Below are positions 18,223-27,316 of a stretch of 64,000 nucleotides of DNA, one piece after another; position 1 is the first letter of the stretch; the number at the start of each line of letters is the position of its first letter. The position numbers and the translations under genes were made by a program. The DNA is from a bacterium (lineage in GTDB: Bacteria > Verrucomicrobiota > Kiritimatiellia > CAIKKV01 > CAIYGI01). The notes under the pieces are model-generated. The model did not search any database and was not told the DNA's origin. It was given only the letters and a program-made list of their open reading frames with translations. The stretch is from contig JANYBP010000103.1 of the NCBI GenBank assembly GCA_025360745.1, positions 3,992 to 67,991 on the forward strand. Direction: 5' to 3'.

Positions 18223-19080
18223 GTGTTTTTCGGAAAGATTTCACAACGCAGCGTACGCCGCCTGCATGCCAACGCCCGTTTGGGGGAGGCCAAGGCCGAC
18301 GCGCACGGACGTCTGACCAGGTGGCTGGGCGGTTTAGCCCTGGGACTGCTGGCGCTTGGTCTCACGGGTTACGGCCTTTACAAAGTTGGCGAAACCTTGT
18401 TTTGGGGCAACCCGCGCTATACCCTGCGCCATCTGGCGATCAAGGCCGATGGTCCGATGCTTAGCGAGCAGCTTGTGCGCGAGTACACGGGAATCCATGA
18501 AGGGCAGAATCTCTTCGATTTGAACCTGGGAAAACTGCATAAAGATTTTCTGGAACGGCAGCCCAATGTGGCCGTGATGAATTTGACCCGCCAGCTTCCT
18601 GACGCGTTACTGATCGAATTGACCGAACGCACGGCCATCGCGCGCCTCAGCCGGTTCCAACCGTGGGGCGTGGATCGCGAGGGTTATGTCTTCACTGTCG
18701 GCCCTGGCATGCGCGATCTGCCTGTGATCACGGGTTTTCCCGCGGAGGGGATCGTTCCGGGCAGACGGGTGGCGGCCGCCGTTTTCAAGGCCCTGGATGT
18801 GGTGGACGCCTGCCGTAACACCGGCGTCGGGCGGCAGTTGCGCGTGGTTTCGGTGGATGTCGCGCCCCGCGGATACGTCGAGCTTTACCTGGCGGGCGGC
18901 GAACGCGTCAGGCTGGCCTGGGAGGGCATGGGCACGGGCGCCCCTGCCGCGCAGAAGCAACTGGAAACAAAGTTCGAAACGCTGGTAGCGGCCTTGCATA
19001 CGGCCGAACGGCGTGGCAAGCATATCGCCAATCTGGATTTGACCTTCGGAGATCACTATATTCCCTCGCAGGAATACTAG
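18223..19080 (+). CDS. ftsQ: cell division protein FtsQ
   Basis: N-terminal TM segment, POTRA domain and FtsQ-type C-domain. It lies between ddl and ftsA. Confidence 0.75.
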   Translation: MFFGKISQRSVRRLHANARLGEAKADAHGRLTRWLGGLALGLLALGLTGYGLYKVGETLFWGNPRYTLRHLAIKADGPMLSEQLVREYTGIHEGQNLFDLNLGKLHKDFLERQPNVAVMNLTRQLPDALLIELTERTAIARLSRFQPWGVDREGYVFTVGPGMRDLPVITGFPAEGIVPGRRVAAAVFKALDVVDACRNTGVGRQLRVVSVDVAPRGYVELYLAGGERVRLAWEGMGTGAPAAQKQLETKFETLVAALHTAERRGKHIANLDLTFGDHYIPSQEY

Positions 19081-19103
19081 AGTAGAAGAGGCTGAAGGGT
19101 TTT

Positions 19104-19225
19104 AGGCTGAAGGCTGCAGGTTAAAACACAAAAAGCGAGTTGAAGGACCGGAACATGAACTTTGAAAATGTGCGCCGGACGTAATCGTTTTCACGGTTTT
19201 CCTAACAGCCTGCAGCCTTCAGCCT
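19104..19225. repeat. 17-bp perfect inverted repeat (AGGCTGAAGGCTGCAGG ... CCTGCAGCCTTCAGCCT) separated by 88 nt, between ftsQ and ftsA
   Basis: The arms are at 19104-19120 and 19209-19225. The spacer is AT-rich. Confidence 0.5.
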
Positions 19226-19268
19226 GAGCATTCCGCGAGAACTGCCGAGTGAAATGAGGTGAGAATTT

Positions 19269-20483
19269 ATGGCTCTGCCGCCTGTAGTGGCGATTGAAAT
19301 TGGAACGACGAAAGTCGTGGCGCTGGTCGGCGAAATGCGCGACGACGGCACGATTTATATCGTTGGAAAAGGCGAACACCCCTCGTCGGGCGTGCGCAAG
19401 GGCGAGGTGATCGACCTCGACAACGCGCTGGTCTGCCTGCGGTCGGCCATTACCAGCGCCGAGGAGACCGGCCGCGTCGCCTGCAACCAGGTCTATCTGG
19501 CCGTCAGCGGCGGCCATATCCAGTCGCTCTCCAACCGCGGCACGATTCCGGTTCGCAAGCCCGAGGTCGGCATTACGGACGACGACGTGACCCAGGTGAC
19601 CGATATCGCCCGCACGGTCAATCTGCCGCCGGACCGCCAGGTGCTGCATTCCATCTGGCAGACCTTTTATGTGGATGGCCAGCCCTGCCGCCGGCCGAAG
19701 GGCTTCGATGCCTCCCAGCTTACCCTCGACATGCTGATCCTGCACGGCCGCCGCGTGCAACTGCGCAACACGGCCAAGGTCGTGACCAGTTTGAATGTGG
19801 AAGTCTGCGACATGGCTTTCAGCGGCATCTGTTCGGCGATGGCGGTGCTGACGCCGGAGCAGAAGGAGGGCGGCGCGCTGGTGATAGATTTCGGCGGCGG
19901 CACGACCAACTACGTGGCCTATGCCGCGGGCGCCCTGGCGGCGGCGGGCTCGTTCGGAATCGGCGGCGACCATGTCACCAACGACATTGCGCTGGCCTTC
20001 AACATTCAACGCAATCAGGCGGACCGCTTGAAGGTCGAGCGTGGCGGCGCGCGGGTCGAGGAGAGCGCGCGCAGCGAACGCATCACGGTTCCGGCGGAGG
20101 TCGGCTATCCCGAGCGGCGCATCGCCCTCTCCGCCCTGCAAAAGGTCATTAACCTGCGGACGGTGGAGACGGTCAACCTGATCCGCCGCGCCCTGGAGCG
20201 CGACGGACTGCTGCACGCGATCGGGGCCGGGGTGGTGATTACCGGCGGCGCGGCGCAGTTGCGCGGACTGCGCGAGCTGACCGAGGAGATTTTCAAGGCG
20301 CCCTGCGCCCTGGGCCGGTCGGTCGGCGTGAGCGGGCTCGCTTCGGCCTTGCAGGGTCCGCAATACACGACGGCCGTGGGCCTCGTGCGCTACGCCTTCA
20401 CGCGCTCGGCGCGCGAGGAAAGCGGCTGGGTCAAGGGCTTGTTCCGCCGTATCGGACTGCTGCCACAGGGGGGTGCGTCATGA
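19269..20483 (+). CDS. ftsA: cell division protein FtsA
   Basis: Actin-like ATPase fold. It begins MALPPVVAIEIGTTKVVALVGE. Confidence 0.9.
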   Translation: MALPPVVAIEIGTTKVVALVGEMRDDGTIYIVGKGEHPSSGVRKGEVIDLDNALVCLRSAITSAEETGRVACNQVYLAVSGGHIQSLSNRGTIPVRKPEVGITDDDVTQVTDIARTVNLPPDRQVLHSIWQTFYVDGQPCRRPKGFDASQLTLDMLILHGRRVQLRNTAKVVTSLNVEVCDMAFSGICSAMAVLTPEQKEGGALVIDFGGGTTNYVAYAAGALAAAGSFGIGGDHVTNDIALAFNIQRNQADRLKVERGGARVEESARSERITVPAEVGYPERRIALSALQKVINLRTVETVNLIRRALERDGLLHAIGAGVVITGGAAQLRGLRELTEEIFKAPCALGRSVGVSGLASALQGPQYTTAVGLVRYAFTRSAREESGWVKGLFRRIGLLPQGGAS

Positions 20484-21685
20484 GCGCCGCATCGGAACAG
20501 AAGGTGGCGGCGGGCGTCATGGCGGTGGGGCGCATGGCGCTGGTCGGCGTGGGCACGGGCGGCTGCCGCGCGGTGGCCGCGATGTCCGAGGGCTGGGATG
20601 ACGGGCCCTCCATGTATGCCGTGGACACCGATTCGCGCGCCTTGATTGCCGCGGGCGGGGTGGCCAATCACCTGGCGATCGGCGCCACGCTGACCCGCGG
20701 CATGAGCGCGGGCGGCGACATGCAGGTCGGGCGGCTGGCCGTCGAGGAAGCCTCCGAGAGCCTGCGCGGAATTTTCGCCGGCATGGAACTGGTCTTCCTG
20801 GTGACGACCCTCGGCGGCGGGACAGGTTCGGGCGCGGCGCCGACGGTGGCGCGTCTGGCGCGCGAGGCTGGCGCGATGGTGCTGGCCGTGGCCACCCTGC
20901 CGTTCCCCTTCGAGGGCGCGGCCACCATGGCCCAGGCGCGCAAGGCGCTGGGGGATTTGCGGGACGAGGCCGATGTCGTCGCGGTCGTTCCCAACGAGCG
21001 CTTGTTCGAAAGCCAGCGCTCGGCCACGATCGAGGACGCCTACCGCGCGTCGGATCAGATGCTGGGACTCGGCGTCTACGCCATCTGGAAGCTGCTCACG
21101 CGGCGCAGTTATCTGAACGACATAGACGCCAGCGTGCTGCGCAACGTCGTGCGGGCGGTCGGCGGCACCTGCGTCTTCGGCGTGGGCGAGGCGCAAGGCG
21201 GCGACAAAGCCGGCGACGCCGTGCGCCGCGCGCTGGCCAGTCCGCTTTTTGGCGGCGGGCTTGCGCTGGGCGAGGCGGCCGCCGCGGTGGTCGCGGTGGT
21301 GGGCGGCCCCGACCTTACCTTCCTGGAAGTGGAACGGGCGATGGAGACGGTGCACAACGCCATGCGCAAAGACGCGCGGCTCTTCAGCGGCACGGTGGTG
21401 GACGATAACTGGCGCGGCGCCTGTGCGGTGACGATTCTGGCGGCCGAGATCTGGACCGAGGAGGATGTCGCCGACATCAAGGGCGCCGCGGCGGCCGGCA
21501 AAGACGCGCCCGCCACCGCGCCCGGGCCGCGCCGAAAACGTCAGGGCGGCCAGGCCCAGCAGCACGTTCTCTCCTTCGAGGCCACGGGCAAGGGTATTTT
21601 CAAGGATGTCGAGCCGACTAACCTGGACGGACAGGATATGGACCTGCCGACCTATTTACGCAAGGGCATGGTCATCGAAAAGTAG
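20480..21685 (+). CDS. ftsZ: cell division protein FtsZ
   Basis: Tubulin signature GGGTGSGAAP. It overlaps the ftsA stop. Confidence 0.95.
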   Translation: MSAASEQKVAAGVMAVGRMALVGVGTGGCRAVAAMSEGWDDGPSMYAVDTDSRALIAAGGVANHLAIGATLTRGMSAGGDMQVGRLAVEEASESLRGIFAGMELVFLVTTLGGGTGSGAAPTVARLAREAGAMVLAVATLPFPFEGAATMAQARKALGDLRDEADVVAVVPNERLFESQRSATIEDAYRASDQMLGLGVYAIWKLLTRRSYLNDIDASVLRNVVRAVGGTCVFGVGEAQGGDKAGDAVRRALASPLFGGGLALGEAAAAVVAVVGGPDLTFLEVERAMETVHNAMRKDARLFSGTVVDDNWRGACAVTILAAEIWTEEDVADIKGAAAAGKDAPATAPGPRRKRQGGQAQQHVLSFEATGKGIFKDVEPTNLDGQDMDLPTYLRKGMVIEK

Positions 21686-21690
21686 GCGCA

Positions 21691-22185
21691 ATGCATTCGT
21701 TGTGGAAACAGTTTACGGGCCGCGAGCACGGACCGTTCGTGCAGTTCGTGAAGTACGGGATCTGTGGCGGTGCGGCGACCGCCGTGCATATCACGCTGTT
21801 TTCGGTCATGGCCTGGATGGTCTTGCCGGCGCTGACCGAGCGCGAGTTTGTGGTGCGGCTATTGCATCTACAGGTCCCGGCGATGAGCGACGCCGTGCGC
21901 GCCAACAACGCGGCCTGGGACAATTTCGCGGCCTTTATTTTTTCAAATTTGACCGCCTACCTGCTGAACATTCTCTGGGTCTTTAAGCGCGGCCGCCACC
22001 ATTGGTTGATGGAGATCGGGATGTTCTATGCCGTCTCCGGCTTTTCCTTTTTGATCGGCACGGGACTTCAAACCTGGATGATCGCGAAATTCGGGCTGAC
22101 CACGACGGTCGCCTTCGGGTCCAACCTGGTCACGGCCATGCTGATCAACTTCGCCATGCGCAAGTTCGTGATCTTCAAAGGCTGA
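21691..22185 (+). CDS. GtrA family membrane protein
   Basis: 4-TM GtrA-like protein of 164 aa. Confidence 0.6.
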   Translation: MHSLWKQFTGREHGPFVQFVKYGICGGAATAVHITLFSVMAWMVLPALTEREFVVRLLHLQVPAMSDAVRANNAAWDNFAAFIFSNLTAYLLNILWVFKRGRHHWLMEIGMFYAVSGFSFLIGTGLQTWMIAKFGLTTTVAFGSNLVTAMLINFAMRKFVIFKG

Positions 22186-22243
22186 TTCCCGCCCAGCCTT
22201 GCTTGACAGCCTCAGTCCGGTCGCGTAATTTGTTCGCCTTCCG

Positions 22244-22327
22244 GTGGGGTACCGAAGTGGTCAAACGGGGCAGACTGTAAATCTGCTAGCATCGCTTTCG
22301 TTGGTTCGAATCCAGCCCCCACCACCA
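22244..22327 (+). tRNA. tRNA-Tyr (GTA), type II with long variable arm
   Basis: Acceptor stem GGTGGGG/CCCCACC. Anticodon loop CTGTAAA. T-loop TTCGAAT. CCA is encoded. Confidence 0.85.
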
Positions 22328-22778
22328 TCCCCTTCACCCCTCCCGCCTCCCGCATCAATCGCCATTACGAGGGACGTTTTGTCGCCAAGAAGGGCGAAAG
22401 GTGAAGCTGTTGTTCGGGGCCTCTCCTAACCCGGCATAGCCGGAACCAAGGCGTTTCAAATGATGACCATCTTGCGATTGATTCAAGTCGTAAGGGACTA
22501 ATGGCCTCAACAATGTTGCCTGATCGATTCGCTCCTGCGAGCCGAGATTATATCTGGTCACATAGCACCATGCCTGGATCTCGAATAGATTAGCCCGGTC
22601 CTTGACTCGATAAATCAGCCCAAGGCGCATGGCCCATCGCCCGCAGCGTCAGGCGTATGTCTTCCATCGAAACGGACAAGGCCTTTTCAAATGGGTGTTC
22701 TGTATGTCTATTCACGGACGACATGGATAGCCCTTTCCAAAAAACGCGGATTTCAACCTTCTGATTGCGGCGGTTATT

Positions 22779-24803
22779 TCAGGCCGGCTTTTTGCCTGGA
22801 TCTTCGTCGCCAAAGGTTCCGGCGCGGTGGCTGACCGGCAGGTCGATGGAGATACGGGTGCCGCGTTCGGAGGTATCGATATCGATCTGGCCGTTGTGGT
22901 CGAAGACAGTGCGCTGGGCGATGGAGAGGCCGAGGCCCATGCCGCGGGCTTTGGTGGTGCAAAATGGCGAGAATACGTTGGCCCGAATGTCGGGCGGAAT
23001 GCCGGGGCCGTTGTCCCGGATAATTACGCGCACGACTTCCTGTCCGTCGTTGTCGAAGCCGCGCTGAGCGGTAAAGGCGATTTCGCCGTTTTTCCGCCCC
23101 TGCAAGGCCTCCAGGGCGTTCACCAGCAGGTGGCTGAAGCCCTCGGCGAGGGCCTGTTCGTCGCCGATGACCGGAGGCAGGACGCCTTCCGCCAGCAATT
23201 CCAGCTTGATATTGGCGACGGGGTGGCGGGCGGAGGCCAGCGCGATTGCCGCTTTCATCGGCGCGAAAATGTCCAGGGGCGCCTGTTTCAACGGCGATGG
23301 ATGGGCGAAGGAATTGATCTGATCGATCAAAGCCGTCAGACGGCCCACTTCGTGGTTCACCAACCCGCTGAATTCGTCGCGGAATTCCGGATCGTTGTAA
23401 CGTTCCGGCAGAAGCTGGGCAAAGGTCTTGATAGCCGTAAGCGGATTGCGGATTTCATGCGACATGCTGGCGGCCAGGTCGTTCCAGAAGGCGCCGCGCC
23501 GCAGCTGTTCTTCCCGTTCGGTCATGTGCTGCTCGGCGGAGGCGTCGCGAATCAGGGCCACGGCGCCGAGACAGGCGCGGCCTTCCAGCAGCGGCCGGAT
23601 TTCCACGTTGACCAGCTTCTTGTTCCAGGTCAGGCGCCACTGCTGCGGAGATTCCACCTCCTCCCGGGCCATGGTGCGCCGGAACAGGTCGCTCAGGCGG
23701 CTGCCCAGCCCTTCCACCGCGTGGCCCAGCACCTCGGCGGCGGGCAGATCCAGAATCGCCTCCGCCGCCCGGTTGAACCAGCGGACCAGGCCATCCTCCC
23801 CGGCCGCGACAATGCCGTCCTCCATGGTATGCAGCAGGGTTTCCGCCAGGGTTTTCTGCAGGGCGATCGCTTCGTAGAGCAGGGCGTTTTCGAGGGTGGT
23901 GGCGATATGTTCCGCCAGCACGGTGAAATTTTCCAAATCCGCGTAATTATAGGGCCAACCCGTGGCCCGGTGGCCCACGAAAAACCAGCCCAGGATGCAG
24001 CCGCGGGCCAGCAGCGGCACGACGACCTCCGCGCCCATTTCATCCAGCGCCTGCTTGAGCACCAGCCGTTCGCCGGTGTCGCGGATCGCTTCCAGCCCGT
24101 CGCGCGTCAGCAGATGCGCATTGCGGTCCAGCCAGATCACGAAGGGATGGCTTTCCTCGTATTGCAGGGCCTGGGCGGTTTCCAGGCAACGCACTCCGGC
24201 GCGCAGTTTGAAGCGGTCGCCGGCGCGCGCGGTGGCGAAAAGGCCGACGCGCGTGACGCGCGCGGCCGCGGCCAGGCCTTCCACGATGCTCTCCGCCAGA
24301 GCCGGAACGTTGTCGAAGTTCCGCAAGGCCCGGGCGAAAAACTGCACCGGCATGGCGGTGTCGATGCCCATGGCGGGCGTCTCCGCCGGGGGCGGCGGCG
24401 CGCGCCGCGCATCCGCGCGCAGCAGGGCGTTTTCCTGCTGGAGTTCCAGGTAGCGGAAGCCGCGGACGACCAGCGCCTGAAAGTGCATCCGTTCGGGATC
24501 GAGCAGTTCCACCGCGAAGACATTCCGCATCGCGGCTTCCAGAACGGGGTCGGAGCGGGGCTCGCCCAGCACAATCATGACATGTCCCGGATCGGCGCGG
24601 CACAAGTGCGCAAGCAAATCGTGGAAGGCCTCGGTCCGCGCATCCATCAGAACCAGCGAGGGACCGACCTGCGCCAGCCGCTTTTCGAGCTGGGCCGGCG
24701 TGGCCGCATGGTAGAGGGCGGCCCTTTCGTTGAGCAGGCCGCCCAAGCGCTGCAGCAAGGCGGCGTCCTGGGTATAAAGCAGACCGTTCAGCGGAGGATT
24801 CAT
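22779..24803 (-). CDS. sensor histidine kinase (REC-like N-domain, GAF, PAS, HisKA, HATPase_c)
   Basis: H-box SMSHEIRNPLTAIKTFAQLL. G-box RDNGPGIP...GMGLGLSI. Confidence 0.85.
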   Translation of the reverse strand: MNPPLNGLLYTQDAALLQRLGGLLNERAALYHAATPAQLEKRLAQVGPSLVLMDARTEAFHDLLAHLCRADPGHVMIVLGEPRSDPVLEAAMRNVFAVELLDPERMHFQALVVRGFRYLELQQENALLRADARRAPPPPAETPAMGIDTAMPVQFFARALRNFDNVPALAESIVEGLAAAARVTRVGLFATARAGDRFKLRAGVRCLETAQALQYEESHPFVIWLDRNAHLLTRDGLEAIRDTGERLVLKQALDEMGAEVVVPLLARGCILGWFFVGHRATGWPYNYADLENFTVLAEHIATTLENALLYEAIALQKTLAETLLHTMEDGIVAAGEDGLVRWFNRAAEAILDLPAAEVLGHAVEGLGSRLSDLFRRTMAREEVESPQQWRLTWNKKLVNVEIRPLLEGRACLGAVALIRDASAEQHMTEREEQLRRGAFWNDLAASMSHEIRNPLTAIKTFAQLLPERYNDPEFRDEFSGLVNHEVGRLTALIDQINSFAHPSPLKQAPLDIFAPMKAAIALASARHPVANIKLELLAEGVLPPVIGDEQALAEGFSHLLVNALEALQGRKNGEIAFTAQRGFDNDGQEVVRVIIRDNGPGIPPDIRANVFSPFCTTKARGMGLGLSIAQRTVFDHNGQIDIDTSERGTRISIDLPVSHRAGTFGDEDPGKKPA

Positions 24804-27316
24804 GCGGCGGCCTCCGCCGTCGTCAGCGGAAACATCAGGAAGAAGACCGTGCCAAGGCCGGGCCGGCTCTTGACCTCGACCGTGCCGCCATGTTCCTGAA
24901 CGATGTTATAGCTTACGGAAAGCCCCAAGCCGGTGCCCTTGGCCTTGGTTGTGAAAAATGGATCGAAAATATGCGGCAGGTCGGCTTCCGGGATGCCGCT
25001 GCCGTTGTCCTGGATGCTCACGCGGATGAAGGGCTCCGTTATAGGCGCGCCCAAAAGATCGCGCATGGCCGATGCAATCCGGACTACTTCAGTGCGCACC
25101 GTGATCACGCCTCCCTTTTCCATGGCATCCACCGCATTCAGGTAAAAGTTCAACAGCGCCTGAACCAGAAGGTCGCTATCACCCATAATCCAATCCCCAT
25201 CCGCCGTCAATTCCTGTTTTAGCGCGACACCGTTCTGTTTCAGGGATTGGTCCACCAATTTATGCACATGCGCGATGGTCGAATGCAACTGCAGGGGATA
25301 TAATTTGGGCTTTACGGGGCGTGTGAATTTCAACAGTTGATTGACGATCGAATCGATGCGGATCACTTCCTTGCCGATCAGAGAGGAGAAGGTCTGCCGG
25401 AAATCCGGATCGTCGTAGCGTTCGGGCAGAAGCTGGGCGAAGGTCTTGAGGGTGACCAGCGGGTTCTTGATTTCATGCGCCATGCCGGCCGCGAGCGTGC
25501 CCGCGCTGGCCAGGCGGTCGTTGCGGCGGATTTGATCCTCGAGCCGGCGCAGAATGGTCTGGTCCCGCATGACCAGCAGGGCGCCCAGCACCGCCCCGTC
25601 TTCCGCGATAAAAATCGAACTGGTCAGCCGCACCACGATCGGATCCATTCCTTCGGCTTCCAACTGGACATCCATATCGCGCAATCCCGCGCGCGTCTCC
25701 AGCGTGCGTAAAAGCGCGTTGGTCAGCGGCGCGGGCAGCAGCGTCGCGGGGTGGTTCAGCACGGCGGCGGAGGTCAACCGGGTGAGCCGCCGCGCTTCGC
25801 GGTTGAAGACCGTGATCGTGTGCGCCGCGTTGATCGCGATCACGCCGCTGGTCAACTGGTCGAGCAGAGTCTCGTTGTAGATCTTGCTGTTTTGCACTTC
25901 CGTATAAAGCTTGGCGTTTTCGATGGCGACCGCCAGTTCGTTGCATATGATCTGCAGGGTGTCCTGCTCCAGCCGGTCATACATTTTTTTGGAATCCGGC
26001 GGACCGAGCAGCAGGATGCCCGCCACCTGATTCTTCAAATAGATCCCGACGGCCATGTTGATCTTGAGTTCGGCCAGTTGCCGCAGCGCCTGGTCGGACA
26101 ACGGCGAGGGCGCCCGCCGCTGCAAGACATCGGCCACCACGGGCTCATGGGTGGCTTCCAGAAGTTTGACGATGGCGGACGTGGCGTTCATGGCGAGCAG
26201 GGACGCGGGGGCGCTGTCCGAATAGCGTTGGGCAAAGCCCTCCGCCTGCCTGAGCAGGATCAGATTTTTATCGTTATGAAAGGCCTGGGCGATCAGCATG
26301 TGAAATTGGCGCAGCAGTTCGTCCAGCGTGGAAATGCCCTGCAAAAGCAGATTGGCCTGCTGGATGGTTTTGTGCATGTTCGTGAAGGTGACGGCGAAAA
26401 AGAGCCTTTGGGCCACTTTTTCCATGAAGCGCTGGGCGGGAACATAGGCAAAAACCATCGCGAGCGTTGCCAGCCAGTAGATAATCCCCGTGGGGGTGTT
26501 GGGAAAAATGCCCAGCAGCACAAACCGGCTGACCGTCAGGACGGCGAAGTAAACCGCCGCCAGATATACCGCCAGCAGACTGTAGGCCACCAATCTTTGC
26601 AGGAACGCCGCCACCCCCATCAGCCGGCGTGTGGCCACGCCATAGGCCAGGATCAGCGTCATGGGGATCAGGCAGAGGGGGCCGAATTGCTGCACCGCGC
26701 TGTTCCCCGTGACCACAGCCATCAGGTGAACGGCCACGGCGATCGGAAGGGCGCTGATCATGCCCATCAGGGTGAATTGGATTTCCGCGCGTTGAACACC
26801 GTCTGAGGTAAGGATCAGCCGGATGAAATAGAAGATCGTGAATCCGAGGGCCAATGGCAGGTAAACGATGAACAGAAGGAAACCCTTGCCGTACAAGGCC
26901 TGGGGAACCTCCAAAACGGAATGATCCGCGGCCGGCATCCGCACACCGGTCAGGAAAAACGAGGTGAAACACAGCATGCCGACCAGCGCGCCGAGCAGCA
27001 GCATCCAGCGGGCGCGGAATAAACGTTTGCCCAGACTCTCTTCGGGAGATTTGATGGCCATGCAAAGCAACAGGAAGGAAGGCGGGATAAACACCCCGAA
27101 GCAGGACGCCAGGCGGATCATCCATTCCGCAGTGACCGCGTTTCTTGAAAGCACAACCCCCAGCACGCACAGCACCCAGGAATTCAACGTCATGGAAAAC
27201 AGAAAAAACTGCCGGTTTTGCGCCCGGCGGTGGTTGGCAAAAACAACCGCCAGCGCAATGCTGAAGTTGGTGATAAAAATAAACAGCAGTATGACGGGTA
27301 TGACGTGCATGGTCAT
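24800..27316 (-). CDS. membrane-bound sensor histidine kinase (about 10 TM N-domain, GAF/PAS, HisKA, HATPase_c)
   Basis: H-box MAHEIKNPLVTLKTFAQLLPERYDDPDF is paralogous to the downstream kinase. It overlaps both neighbours by 4 nt. Confidence 0.85.
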   Translation of the reverse strand: MTMHVIPVILLFIFITNFSIALAVVFANHRRAQNRQFFLFSMTLNSWVLCVLGVVLSRNAVTAEWMIRLASCFGVFIPPSFLLLCMAIKSPEESLGKRLFRARWMLLLGALVGMLCFTSFFLTGVRMPAADHSVLEVPQALYGKGFLLFIVYLPLALGFTIFYFIRLILTSDGVQRAEIQFTLMGMISALPIAVAVHLMAVVTGNSAVQQFGPLCLIPMTLILAYGVATRRLMGVAAFLQRLVAYSLLAVYLAAVYFAVLTVSRFVLLGIFPNTPTGIIYWLATLAMVFAYVPAQRFMEKVAQRLFFAVTFTNMHKTIQQANLLLQGISTLDELLRQFHMLIAQAFHNDKNLILLRQAEGFAQRYSDSAPASLLAMNATSAIVKLLEATHEPVVADVLQRRAPSPLSDQALRQLAELKINMAVGIYLKNQVAGILLLGPPDSKKMYDRLEQDTLQIICNELAVAIENAKLYTEVQNSKIYNETLLDQLTSGVIAINAAHTITVFNREARRLTRLTSAAVLNHPATLLPAPLTNALLRTLETRAGLRDMDVQLEAEGMDPIVVRLTSSIFIAEDGAVLGALLVMRDQTILRRLEDQIRRNDRLASAGTLAAGMAHEIKNPLVTLKTFAQLLPERYDDPDFRQTFSSLIGKEVIRIDSIVNQLLKFTRPVKPKLYPLQLHSTIAHVHKLVDQSLKQNGVALKQELTADGDWIMGDSDLLVQALLNFYLNAVDAMEKGGVITVRTEVVRIASAMRDLLGAPITEPFIRVSIQDNGSGIPEADLPHIFDPFFTTKAKGTGLGLSVSYNIVQEHGGTVEVKSRPGLGTVFFLMFPLTTAEAAA

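Noticed and set aside
22355-22630. 91-aa minus-strand ORF next to tRNA-Tyr as an integrase fragment
   Set aside because: It has no recognisable tyrosine-recombinase motifs (R..H..R..Y) or other similarity I can see. It is kept only as a low-GC remnant.
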